NCBI RefSeq assembly: GCF_018977255.1
Contig: NW_024704742.1
Span: 52,888,001 to 52,952,000, forward strand
Length of the DNA: 64,000 nt
DNA from: Callorhinchus milii
Lineage: Eukaryota
Reading direction: 5' to 3'
The translations under genes were made by a program, and so were the position numbers. The notes below the pieces were generated by a model. It was not told where the DNA came from and did no database searches. It saw only the letters and a list, made by a program, of their open reading frames with translations. This document shows, piece after piece, positions 12,471-24,905 of the stretch; the first letter of the stretch is position 1; the number at the start of each line of letters is the position of its first letter.

Positions 12471-14999
12471 GGTCTGAAACCTAAGAATAAGGGACATTTT
12501 GGGCCCTAGACTGTTATGTGGACTATGTTATTGTGGGATGTGGGGGAAAGCGTCAGCAAAATAACAGGAATAATCTAATTTCAGAATGATTGTGAGTAGT
12601 GGGTATCTTCCTGCCCACTAAAATTGTTCTATGGACTCTCAATACTAGATTGCTATTCATGTAAATATTTGTTTTTATGGAACATGGTCTTTTCCTGGTA
12701 ATTCAATGATAACCTCTCATTTATAATAAAAGACTTGCCTTTAATTTCCCTCATTTCCCCAAACCCTAGTAATGGTTTATGATCATCTTTTAATTAGCAC
12801 AGCTGAGTCAGCAGACAGTAGACAGCAGTCAGCCCACAAGTGAGCTCTTGAAACTGCAATGATTTATTGCCATTGTTTTTTTTAATGTTTAAGACAATTA
12901 AAAGCCAGTTGTCTTTCAGGACATTCAAAATCTACATTATTTTTGCAGAAGTATTTGGTTTCTTGTTGCTAAGAAGTAAAGTGTCTCAGTGTGAACTTTC
13001 CTGGGATGGGTTTAGTATGTTCGGTATTTTTAAAAAGCACAGAAAAAATCAGCAATTTTAATTAGCTTTTTGCTACTTAAACAAGATTGAGTTATATTAA
13101 GTTATATCTTAGTTGATTTCTTAGTTGTATATCTGTTCAGCTCCACGTTACAATTTAAGGTTCTACTAGCTCAGTTTTTAAGAATAAAGGATGTTATCGA
13201 AGCTGAAGTTGTTCTTTCTTGTCCTGTGTTTTTTTCATGCAATTTTGTATTCAGCAAGAATAACATGTCTAGTCTGTTTTGTTGCCTGTTCCACCATGGT
13301 CTTACTCAGTATAATATACAACACTGTCTGAAACTAAAACATCAGACTTTCACTGTAATATATTACATTTTTGCAGATCATCATTGCTGGCCTGTAATTT
13401 CCAATGTTTCTTCACACATTGGGCTGAAAATGAGTTATGGAATGTAATAATTAGCACTGCTGATAATTTCATGTCACATGCTGCACTTTCACACCATTCA
13501 GAATGTATTAACTTGCACATAGTTTATGTTAGGTTATGACTGAGCAGAGGATGGGGGCTGTTTAGAATTGCGAATAAATAGGATTTACAGTATCTGTTTT
13601 AGATTTTAAAAATTGTAATGCGCTCTTGTTGACATCATACAATAATCCAACCATGATTGGTAAACATCTCGAAGACGTGATAAGGTGCTGTATCAAATGC
13701 AAGGATTATTATTATAAACTAATTCCTTCTCTAGATTGACAAATCACTTTATTCTTTGGTAATGTAACACAGAAAGTGAGGCCTGAAATGCCACCTATTT
13801 GTAGCCTTGAAGACTACTTTGTTTTAAAATTTAAGATCATAGCTTTATTCTGTCGTAGCTTTTATCATGTTTAATATGGAAATACATCAAAGTCAGTGGG
13901 TTTTGGCGGAATAAAGGGTGGGGGAAGGGAAGTATTTTCATCTTTATTTTCCTACAAACCTTTGATTTGCTTTCATGTATGATATAATCTTGCAGCAAAT
14001 CCCTGGCACAGGGGAAGAGGGCATGTAATTTAGGTTTGAAGTATCAAATCCTCCACAGTTTAAATGGTCAGGAAATGGTGAAAGGTAACGTATGTTGAAG
14101 TTGTTCTGTCTCGCAGACATGCTTTTGCCTATCATCATGACAGTGTGGTGTCATGAGTGATCACCAACAAAACAGGATTGAAATATCATCCAGTACTGAA
14201 GAGCCAAACACAGCAAATGGGCTGATGTTTTTAATTATGCAAATTCTCGGCTGCCATGCAGGAGGTCGAGGATCTGGTAACATAAACGTTCTCCTCCTAC
14301 AACAATACGAGTTAGATGCACTCTGCCTTTTCGCTGAAGAATTTAAGTTCCTGAGGTTGATTTTGCAGTAAATTGTAATAGTATTCCTTAACAAGAAATC
14401 CATTATGTAAATTGGGGCTTTCCTTCTGTTAGTTGAAGGTATGACACACTGGCTGTGGGAACTCTACATATTTGGTCAATGTGATAATTAGCATTTGTGA
14501 CAATATCACATGCTGCCTTTTCCCCCCATTAAGTGAATGACAATACCAACAAGCTTATTAGAATATCATTACATCTGCCACTTTTTTTAAAAATCACAAT
14601 GACGACACCTTTGCTTTAATCACAGATCGAGAAGCACAAAAGAATCTTGCTTGGTTGTTATTTACACAGTGGAATAAGCTCTCATCAATGAACCAATTTA
14701 TAATGCAGTAAGACTGCCGACAAGTAGATTTGCATTATTGATGATATTTTCAATGAGAGGCACTATCCTTAATAACACGTCTTACGAGGGAGTAAGACAC
14801 TTGTACTCCGCGTTTGCAAAACTACGACATAATGGACACAGTTCATTACAAAACAAATCATTGCCTCTTGAAAAGTATTTTGGAAATGTGATCATTGTGC
14901 AGGAAATTGTTCTATTTATCAACTACTTTCCCTCCCTCCCAACTAACGAAGTCTCTTTTAGGATACAGAGAGTAGCTCTTGTGATTTCTTGGCTTCTTC

Positions 15000-15705
15000 T
15001 TTCCTGCTGGTCTGAACTCCTCAACCTCCCCGGGCTCTCTCTTAGACACACCGAACCCGAGCGCAACTTAGGCATCAGGTTCGACTCCCCAGCTTTCCTT
15101 TCTAACACACATCCATTCCTTGACCAGGACTGCTTTTTTCCACCTCCGCCACATTGCCCGCCTCCGTCCTTACCTCACAACCAACACAGCCGAAGCCCTC
15201 ATCCATGCCTTTGGTCACTTCCTGGCTGGACTATTCCAATGCCCTCCTTGTTGGCCTCCCCAGCTCACCATACACAAAATCCAATTAATTCAGAACTCTG
15301 CCACCGCACAAAACTCCTTACCCCAATCACACCAGTCCTTGCCAGGCTCCATGGGCTCCCAATTACTGAACGGATCAATTTCAAGATCCTCTCACTTGTT
15401 TCAAATCCTTTCATGCCCATACACCTCCCTACCTTTCCGACCTGCTTAACCCTCACGCTACCTCCAGTTTATCCCTCATCCCCTCTACTCCACCATCAGT
15501 GTCCGTGACTTCAGCCACTATGCCCCGAAACTCTGGAACTCTCTACCTCAGTCCCTCCATCTTGGCTCCTCTCTCCCCACCTTCAAGTTTCACCTAAAGA
15601 CCTTCCTTCTGGTCACCTCCCCCTCCCTCTCCCCCTGACTCGTCAGACTCCACCACTGTCAAGCACTCTGAGACGCTGAAGGGTGCTATATAAATACAAG
15701 TTGTT
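15000..15705 (+). mobile_element. L2 LINE 3' portion, subfamily B
   Basis: RNLGIRFDS, TAFFHLRHIARLRPYLT, ITPVLARLHGLPITERINFKIL; tail ctctgagacgct..gggtgctatataaatacaagttgtt. Confidence 0.92.
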
Positions 15706-16450
15706 TATATGATGGTGTTAGTGAGAGCACCTCTCTAATCTAGGTCTCAAAAATAATTTTATCTTAAAATTTATGATTGCGCAGAATTTTTGAAAATTTT
15801 TATGTAGGTGAGGATGAGAATGGGAGGCTCTTGGAGATCGGTACAGGAGAGAAACCAGGCTGTAGAGTTGTAGATAACCTTCTGGAGAGCTCGTTGAGAG
15901 CTTCTACGCTCAAAAAAACTGTGTTTAACTAAATTTGCATATATCTTATTGGATTTTCCCAGGTGAGGTGGATTGGGGCACTATGAATAAGAAACTAATG
16001 AAAATGATGAGTGGCAGCTATTAAGTTATTTTAGATTTCCATTATTGAAGTGAAACAAATATGTTCTCCAACTAAATAGCGTAATATTTTTGATAAGATT
16101 TCTGTTTCCATTTTGCATTTCATTTGTTGGCAGCACCCAGCGTTGAGTGCTGAATATGAATAAGCATTGCTGACTGCTACAGTTCACATGTTTTAGATTT
16201 CCTTCAATAGAATTATCCACGATATTTAGGGAACCCTTTCACATTACTTAATATTTTAAGATTCTTTCTGCATATTCAGAATGACAAGTTGATTGATCAC
16301 AAATTAGCTCAAAAATCCATGTTTCAAATCCATTAATTAATGCTTTGGATGATAGATTTAATAATCCTGTTTTATTGCTCTAAATCAAAATGTTTTAAGA
16401 TCCAAAAAATTAATGGTCTGGTTATGAAACATGTACAAAAGGTCTATTTT

Positions 16451-16836
16451 GTGGCATCCTGTAGCTCAGTGGTTTGAACACTCGCCTCGCGAGCGAGAGC
16501 CCTGGGTTCGATTCCCGGCAGGGCAAAACATTGAGCACATTTCCTTACACACCTCTGTTTGCCTAGCAGGAACCCTACCTACTGCAAGGTAAAGTAACCT
16601 ACTGTTAGTTGATTGGTGGTGAATCGCTTTTCCTGGGATAATTCCTTCACAAAAAATAAATAAGAATTTGGTCAATCCACAACTGTTTGTGGGACACTGA
16701 TATGAATAATTGGCTGCCAAGTTTCGCCCAGGAAATGTACAGTCAATTCACTTTACAGTATATTCTGTGAAGCGCTTTGAGACATCTCGAAGATGTGATA
16801 AGGCCCAAGATCAAATGCAAGGATTATTATTTTATT
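16451..16836 (+). mobile_element. tRNA-derived SINE, long subfamily, full length
   Basis: A and B boxes, the extra ctctgtttgcctagcag segment, and an (ATT)n tail. Confidence 0.92.
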
Positions 16837-17224
16837 TTTTGAACTATGTAACATAATATTAAATAACCCTGTTGTATTGTTACATTTCAGAAAAGTGTAT
16901 TTCTTTATTTCGGACTAACTGATGTTCAATGTACACAGTCTAACATGCATTTAGTACAGTTCATACCAATTAGAGACCTCATACTTGAGGTGACAAATAA
17001 ATTAATTCTCATAGTTTTCAATGATATTTTCATTTAATGGAACGTGAATGAGTATAGCTGCGTTTACTTTCAGCAATGGTGATATGGCATGTAAATTAGG
17101 CAGTTAAGTCACCAATGTGATTAAAATGCAAATATATGACATTCTAATGGATGAAGCAGCTTTCTGTTTGGAGCAAGGGAATGTCACTGGTTTAAGAATG
17201 ATTAGCTATTGCATAACAGAACTA

Positions 17225-17468
17225 ATAATAATAATCCTTGCATTTGATATAGCACTTGCCACATCTTCTCGACATCTCAAAGCGCTTCACAGAATATACT
17301 GTAAAGTGAATTGACCATATATTTGTGGGCAAAACACGGCAGCCAATTGCGCATAGTAGTGTCCCACAATCAGTCATGGATTGAAAATGACCAATTTATT
17401 ATTGATTTGTTTTGGAGGGATTATTATTAGGCGTGTGGAGTAAGGAAACTTGCCCAAGGTTTCGCCCT
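17225..17468 (-). mobile_element. tRNA-derived SINE, short body with old-type tail, 5' truncated; fused to a plus-strand Deu SINE (17470-17752)
   Basis: The reverse complement aligns to the 6775 copy from cagggcgaaacc onward, but the tail reads gagatgtcgagaagatgtg. Confidence 0.88.
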
Positions 17469-18449
17469 GACGTTGGATGAGATGTTAAACCAAGTTGTGT
17501 CTGCTTATTCAAGTAGACATTAAAAATCCCATAATGCTATACAAAACAAGAAGAGAATTTCTCTTGGTGTCCTGTCAAATAACCTCCCAGATTAAAGTGA
17601 TCATTCATTTCATGGATGTTTGTGGGACATCACTGTGCATAAATTGACTGCCATGTTTGCCGAAAAAATACGGAGTCACTACACTTTTAAGTATGTTGAG
17701 ACATATCGAAGGCAGGATAAGACACAATATCAAATGCAAGGATTATTAGTATTTGTGTTATACATCCAGACATTATAACCAATACAATCTCAAATTATTA
17801 CAGTTCAATTTTAATTAATTATAAAATACATCAAATGTCATTCACTGGAATTCTTTATATAAGGATAGTAAATTATATATCTGGCTAACATTTAGTTCAT
17901 GCACAGAATATTCTGATTTAATGACAGATGATAGCAATATTATATGTCATCTCAAAACCCAATGTGGCATTATTTAAAAACAAATCATAGGGGGAAATAA
18001 CATGAAATGACTGAAAAGAAGAAAATCGTTTTCAGTTCTAAAATTTAATTATATTTTAGCTGACCCCGGATCATCAGAACTAGAGCAAAAAAAAATCTAT
18101 TATGGAAATTAATTGAAAATAACTAATGTGGTAAAGTTTTCAATGAAGCCTTGCATTGTAACGATTCATGCCAGCATAATTCGTGGCAGCTCACCCCTCT
18201 CAGGATGTGAAATCCAACCAGATTCAGACCAGATTGCCATCATCTTTGATATTTCTGAAGTGAAGCAAGTATAATTGTAAATTATAGGTTCCAGAATAAA
18301 GTATTAATATTGCAGGGTTGATTTGCTGAGGAGATGAAAAACACAGATTCTTCCCAGCCAAAAAATGTTTTTTTTTTACCAAGTGACTTGAAGGTCTTGA
18401 GCCTAATTCACTTGAACACTAAAACTTAATTTTTGGCTGGGGACAGTAT

Positions 18450-19440
18450 GACCACAACACAACTACAATCATTTTCCTTTGTATAGTACCTTTTCATGTC
18501 ACGAGGACGTCCCAAGGTCCTGGACAGTCAGAGATCCGCACCTGAGTTTGGGATCAGGAGGGGTGGAGGGTAGGAGTAGGAGGGCGACCGAACGTCAAAG
18601 AGGAGGGTCTTGAGACAGGTCTTGAAAGAGACAAGGGAGGAGGTGAGGTGGAGGGACTGTGGGATGGAGTGCCAGAGGTTGGGAACAGAGTGGCTGAAGG
18701 CCTGTCCGCCAATGGTGGGGCAGGCAAGGCGGGGGACGTGAAGCAGGCCGGAGCCCACTGAGTGGAGGGAGCGGATAGATTGGTAGGGGGTTAGGAAGTA
18801 ATAGAAGTAGGGAGGAGCAAGGTTGTGGAGGGCGTTCAAAGTGAGGACCAAGATCTTGAACTGTATCCTCTGAGTGATAATAATAATCCTTGCATTTGAT
18901 ATAGCGCCTTATCAAGTCTTTGAGACGTAAAATGACTACATTTCTACTGTAAAATGACAATATTTTTTGTGGGCAAAATGCGGCCGCAATTGTGCACAGC
19001 AGTGACCCACAAACAGTCGTGGATTGAGTGACCAATTTTTTTTTGAAGGAATTAATACCGCTGATCAATTAACAACCGGGTTCCTACTTACTGCTAGGTA
19101 AACAGAGCCGTGTGTAATAAGGAAACTTGCCCAACATTTCGCCCTGCCGGGAATAGAACCCAGGTCTTTTGCTTGTGAGGTAAGTGCTCTAACCACTGAG
19201 CTATAGGACTCCACGAGCCAGTGGAGTCGGGTGAGGGTGATAGGCTCGTGGAGCCTGATGTGGGAGAGGACACGAGCTGTAGAGTTCTGGATGATCTGCA
19301 AGCCTCTGGAGGGGGAAATTGGGGAGGCCAACAAGAAAGGATTTTCCATAGTCGACCCTCAATGTGATGAACACGTGGATTGAGGGTCTCGGTGGCCTGT
19401 GGTGAGAGACAGGGAGCTGGGCAATGTTGTGGAGGTGGGG
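18450..19440 (-). mobile_element. L2 subfamily A 3' portion interrupted by a SINE
   Basis: ORFs VLTLNALHNLAPPY..LKTLLFD and LQIIQNSTARVLS..RLHWL are collinear across the SINE. Confidence 0.9.
18878..19214 (-). mobile_element. tRNA-derived SINE, long subfamily, nested in L2
   Basis: Runs from aataataatccttgcatttgat to ctgagctataggactccac. Confidence 0.92.
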
Positions 19441-19689
19441 AAATATCCTCCTATCCTCAGCAGATTATGTTAGAAAATAAATATTAAACAGAAAAGCAAA
19501 ACCCTTATAAGCCACTCCAAGGACTACAATTTACAATTACCCTCATCTCTGCTTCATGAAAAATAAATATGCTGGTGATCTCCTCTGGAGAGGAATATTC
19601 CACGTACTGAGGGACATGTGCTGACACACAGTGGCCATTTCGCTATAATTTTAACATAAAAATGTACTCATTAAAGGCATTTGGTGGTA

Positions 19690-20015
19690 TTAAATTTGAT
19701 CCATGGCTCTCAATTGATCTCAGTTCAGGTAATGTTTGGGTTCTACCCTGATCTCAATGTCCTAGGGGAAAAGAAGGGGAGAAATGAGAATGTCAGCCTT
19801 TGATTTCGATCTAGTGATTCCCCTTTTCTGAGAATGATAGATGTCCAGAGAGGATAAAATTTGACCTGTTGGTGAATCCCTTGGTGATTTAAAGAGCAGC
19901 TGAACAGGAAGGTTGGCTGTTTGAATGAGATACTGGAGGCCTTCCGTAATTCATTGAATTATACTCCAATGTTAGTCAGAACCTTCAGAAGAGGAGGAAA
20001 GGAAAGAGGAGGAAA
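19690..20015 (+). mobile_element. AmnSINE2-like ancient SINE
   Basis: tgatctcag..atctagtgattcccc..gagatactggagg..gtcagaaccttcagaagaggagg follows the AmnSINE2 consensus as recalled. Confidence 0.55.
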
Positions 20016-20016
20016 T

Positions 20017-20235
20017 TAATAATAATAATCCTTGTATTTGATATAGAGCCTTATCACGTCTTCAAGATGTCTGAAAGCGCTTCACAGAATATACTGTAAA
20101 GTGATTTGACTGTATATTTTGTGGGCGAAACATAGCAGCCAATTGCGAATAGCAGTATCCCACAAACATAGGTGACCAAATTTTTTTTTTAGGGAATTGT
20201 TACCCCCAGAAAAGCCATCCGCCAATTGACGGATC
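20017..20235 (-). mobile_element. tRNA-derived SINE 3' half
   Basis: (AAT)n, ccttgtatttgatat, gcgcttcacagaatatactgtaaagtg. Confidence 0.85.
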
Positions 20236-21009
20236 AATTTCAGAAAACGTATATAACATGGAGTTAGTTCAAAAAGGTAGTATTCACAAAATGGAATTCA
20301 CTATGCTAATTATAATTTCTGTTTTGTGAATGAAATTACAGGCCTTGTGAACAAATTCACCGACAAAGTATGAATCAGAGTTTTTTTTATTGAATAGGAT
20401 AAGTCATAATTTCATCCCCAAATTAACTCACAGTTGACAATGGAAATATTTCCAGTTTTGCACATCTTGCAAGAGACAAAGATGATGGCCCTGACTCTCA
20501 GGTTTGCATAGTTCGGAGCTTCCTGGGAAAAAACATTATCCAAATGTACATATGTTGTTTGAGCAATGGAGTTGGCAGATATTTCCAATCTGCAAAATGG
20601 TTTTGAATTGGTCTCAAATTTCTTCACAAATCTCTTCCAACAGCTGCTGGTTTAGTGTGCATCTGGGCAGGTTTCTTGACACTATTGTGTATGATCAGTA
20701 TTATTGGGATGTCTTGCGTAATGGGTGGAAGAGAGCTGCTTTCGCCTATTTCTGAGACTGGTTCAATTCAAAATTACTCAAGCACACTGACCTGCTGTTT
20801 TAACTAAACTGCATTGGACATATGTTAAGTTACTAATGACATACACATATTCTGTTGCCAAGGAACGGAACATTTGTTTTCACAACTAGGAACCTGAGAA
20901 GAAATAAAGTAAAGGTTAATCTACCACCCCTTTATCAGTTGTCACTCTGGTACTTTGTGTTCTGCTGCAATTGCTTTAGCTGCATTGTGGCTGTCACAAA
21001 CAAAATAAA

Positions 21010-21950
21010 ATACAATGCAATTTAGATTTATACCGTGCCTTTCGCATCAGGAGGACGACTCAAAACATTTCACCCTGCTGGACGGGCATCTGAGCTGGAG
21101 GTGGGAGCTGATAGGTTGGGGAGAGGAAAGATGATCGAAAATGTGGTCGAAGAGGTACATTTTAAGGTGTGCCTTGAAAGAGAGTAGGGAGAGAGAGAAT
21201 CAGAGGGATTCCAGAATGCTGATCACAAGGCAGATCACTAAATTGCTCTAAATGAAGAATACTCTTAAACCCATCTGACCTCATCCCTCCAGAACACCAT
21301 CCCCCCATCAAGCTGATTGTTAAATGAGACCAATATCCTGGCCTCTACAACCTTTCCTGGCAACCTGTTCCAGCCATTCATTACTCTGCATTAAGAAAAG
21401 ATTCTGGGTATCTGTCGTGAAATGACCCTTTACAACTCTAAACCTACGTCCTCTTGTTGTGCTGGAGCACAAAGGCTGAAAGCCTGTTTGCTGATGGTGG
21501 AGTAGATAGAGCGGGAGACATGAGGCAAACCAGGGTTCGTGGAGCAAGGGGAACAACCTGCAAAATATGATTGGAGGAAGTTACAGAGGTCAGGTGGGGC
21601 AAAACTGTGGAGAGATTTGAACATGAGAAGGAGGATCTTGAACTTGATCCAATAGGGATGGTCAACCACTGGAGAGAGCGAGGATGGAGGTAATAGATTT
21701 GCGGAGCCTGGTGTGGGAGAGGATACAGGCTGCAGAGCTCTGGATAGTCTCAGCTCATAGAAAAGAGCTCATGTCCAGTAAGCAGAACGTTGCGTAGGCA
21801 ATCCTGGACATGCTAAAAGGAGGATCTTGGCAGTCCAAGGCGAGAGGTAAATGTGAGCAGTGTTTAAGAGGTGAGAGAATGTTGAGCAGGTAGGAGCATG
21901 GATATGGAATTTGAAAGACAGTTGGGAGTCAAACAAGACATCTAGATGAA
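21010..21950 (-). mobile_element. Older L2 3' portion containing a CR1 3' fragment (about 21240-21460)
   Basis: L2 peptide IKFKILLLMFKSLHSFAPPDL flanks the CR1-type peptide TRGRRFRVVKGHFTTD. Confidence 0.8.
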
Positions 21951-23449
21951 AATACAGTACTCACATATAAAGTGAATCCTGATATTAATACTGACTGCAG
22001 GTTACTCCTCCTTTCACCCTCTCTGCTTAGCTATTCAGGTTTGCTGCCCCCGCGCTCTCTCCATCACTATTGGTGAATGAGTCTTCAGTTCTTACACTCC
22101 AACCCCTGGAACACTCTCCCTCTATCTTCTGTCTCTTTTTGGCTTTAAGTCATATCTGAAATCCTACTGCTTTGAACACTCCCATGGCCACTTGCACTTC
22201 TCCACACACTCTCTTGCTTGTCATCTAACTCCATCCCTGTGAAGCACTCCGAGACGCTACTGTGCCAATTCTCTTGTTTAAATAGATTTTCTTCCAATAA
22301 ATGTCAAATGCATTTTGGAAGAGCTTTTCACTGTTCTTCTCTCCATCTTCTTCTCACCAAAATGATTCCCCTAAACCTCACCCTCGATCTCCTTAGTTGC
22401 TGACTGGTTTAATTATATACCACTACATGCAACTCTGTCCACCCTCAGGCGCAGTGCAGAATGCGATTGAATCTGTCCCTGTGCATAAAATGACATGAAG
22501 GAAAAATTAAACATGATTAAATGATTGGAATTACTTACTGAGCCACGTTATGAATAAAAAATTAAATTGTTGTATTTTATAACGTTTTCATCCTTCAGGA
22601 ATAAATTCTCAGGTAGTCATATGTGACTTGTCAGATGAGGGCAATTTATGTCATATGCTCACATTCTCAAGTGATTTGATGCCGGTTGTGGTGCTAAACC
22701 TGAGATGTTATAGTGAGAGTTTATTGAAATGCATGATCTGGATTGGGGTTGTCTGCTCCATTGTGCAGGGAAATTCATAGTAAAAACTCAAATGCGCCTT
22801 TCACTGCATGTTTGTTGAGGATTGTGCACGTCAGTGCTCATTTAATTGAATAATTTGAACAAACAGTGTAAAAGACAAAAGCAATGACAGCCTCTAACAG
22901 TCGACAGAAAAAATAATAATTATAATAATAATAATTCTACATGAAATGTCTCGAAAGTTCACTACCACTATAAGCTGATCCGAAAGGAAAATGTTAGTCA
23001 CAGTTAATTTATATGAACATTGTAAGGTGATACCAAATGCCTATTTACAATCATAAACACTTCATTTTTCTTATCTTTCTTAGTCTCAAATCATTGAATG
23101 TTCAAAGCAAAATTTGGAGGAGGAATAATAATAATCCTTGCATTTGACATAGAACATTAAATTTCTGTGTGCAGTTGCCTGCTGTGTTTCACCAACAAAA
23201 TATGCAATCAAAACCACTTTGCAGTATATTCTGTGAAGCGTTTTGAGATGTCTCAATGACCTGATATGGTTCTATATCAAATATGAGGATTATTATTATC
23301 TTAATTTGTCAACTACTTAGAATTAATTTCAAGCAACTTTGTATTTTCTTCCCATTTCCTCATTTAAAATAAATTATTAATTTTTCATCATAATTTTTAA
23401 CAATAAAATACAAAAGTTTCATTTTTTATTCATAACATGGTTCAGTAGG

Positions 23450-23935
23450 TAATTGGTCAAGCCAAATCTCCAGACTAATCACCTTCACCATGATTAAGAG
23501 TCTCCAAACCAAATTGCTGAGTTTTACATATATTTGTTTTCCGTTTGTCCGGTATGGAGTATGCACTCTCTCCTTGGGAGAGATTCACCCCGCCTACCTA
23601 ATCCCAGAGAGTTTAACAATTTAACCATGTCAGAACAATGGTAAGCGTCTTGTTGCTTGACCATCTAGAACCATTAGGATTTTGACTTGAAGGGATATTA
23701 AGAAGACAAGTAGGAAGAATCCCAGCCCCAGTGACTGGTCCGCTAACAAGTCAGGCTGCCTGGACAATCATCAACAGTGTCTTGAAATATTACAGACCTA
23801 TCTGGCCGAGGACCCAGACTATTGAGACTGTAACAGAGAATCTTTCATTACCACTTTGGAGCCTACTCAACCCCAAAGAGACCCATTTTACCAGCCATCC
23901 AAGGAGGATAGTCACGAGTTGATTAGTTTCTGGTT
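23450..23935 (-). mobile_element. Unclassified poly(A)-tailed retroposon, copy 3
   Basis: caccatgattaagagtctccaaaccaaa..gaggatagtcac is collinear with 33246-34870 and 61398-61990. Confidence 0.6.
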
Positions 23936-24250
23936 AAACTCCGTTGGGGTGTGGGAGGGGTTCCACCAGATCTCACTGAACTTGCAAAATAATGTTGTAA
24001 CCATCATTATAATTGTGTAACTGCAGCCGCTTGAAAATTTGATCTCAGTTGATCATCTTATCATTGATTTCATGATCCATCAGTAAATACCAGTCATGTA
24101 ACATAATGAATATAATGTTATACAGTTTAACTTCTTTTTGCAAATCAGCCTTTTGGAAATAAATATGACCTGAATACAAAGCATAAATAATTTGCATTTT
24201 AACCTAATGTGTTAACGATATTATTGACCTGGAGAAAATGTAGCAACATA

Positions 24251-24445
24251 TTAGTGAATGTCTCCTTTATAATACTTATTTGATTTTTCTTGATCATTTT
24301 TGTAACTTGACTCTTTCCGGGGTGATTTCTCACTGGGGAGAGATCTCCTGCTGTTAGTTAGAACCACTCCATCTGTCTTGAATGCTGCAGCAGGAATGTG
24401 AACAATGGGAGAATAATCGTGATGCTCAGTGAGTTGAAAAGAATT
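24251..24445 (-). other. Candidate terminal coding exon (64 codons plus stop), unrecognised product
   Basis: A pyrimidine tract of about 60 nt ending ctcttaAG is followed by a phase-0 open frame NSFQLTEHHDYSPIV..YYKGDIH*. No homology recognised. Confidence 0.3.
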
Positions 24446-24905
24446 CTTAAGAGACAGAAAAGAACACACAAAGAAAATGTAAAAAGTGTGAATGAAACAA
24501 ACAAACAAAATGATGTAGATTGAAGCCTATAATGGAAGTAAACATGAACAAGAAAAAAATAAAATTGAAAGGGAATAAAAATAACATAAAGAAAGAAGCT
24601 GTTTAATCCTTATCTCATAATAATAATAATCCTTGCATTTGATAAAGCATTTTATCACATCGCTGAGATGTCTCAAAGCACTTCACAGAATACACTGTAA
24701 AGTGAATTGACTGTATATTTTGCGGGCGAAATGTCAAACCAAGGTCTTGTCCACTTTTTCATGTGGACATTAAAGATATCGAGATACCATTTGAAAAAAG
24801 AAGAGATTTTCTCCTGGAGTCCTGGCTAACAATCCGCCAGATAAAATTGACCACTTCATGGCTATTTGTGGGAAACTACTGTGTTGCAAGTTATTTGCGT
24901 TCCTG

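Noticed and set aside
19628..19666. V(D)J recombination signal (CACAGTG heptamers at several sites)
   Set aside because: None of those checked has a good ACAAAAACC nonamer at 12 or 23 bp, and there are no Ig/TCR coding segments.
20412..20755. Possible transposase or exon fragment
   Set aside because: No motif I could support in any frame and no convincing splice pair.
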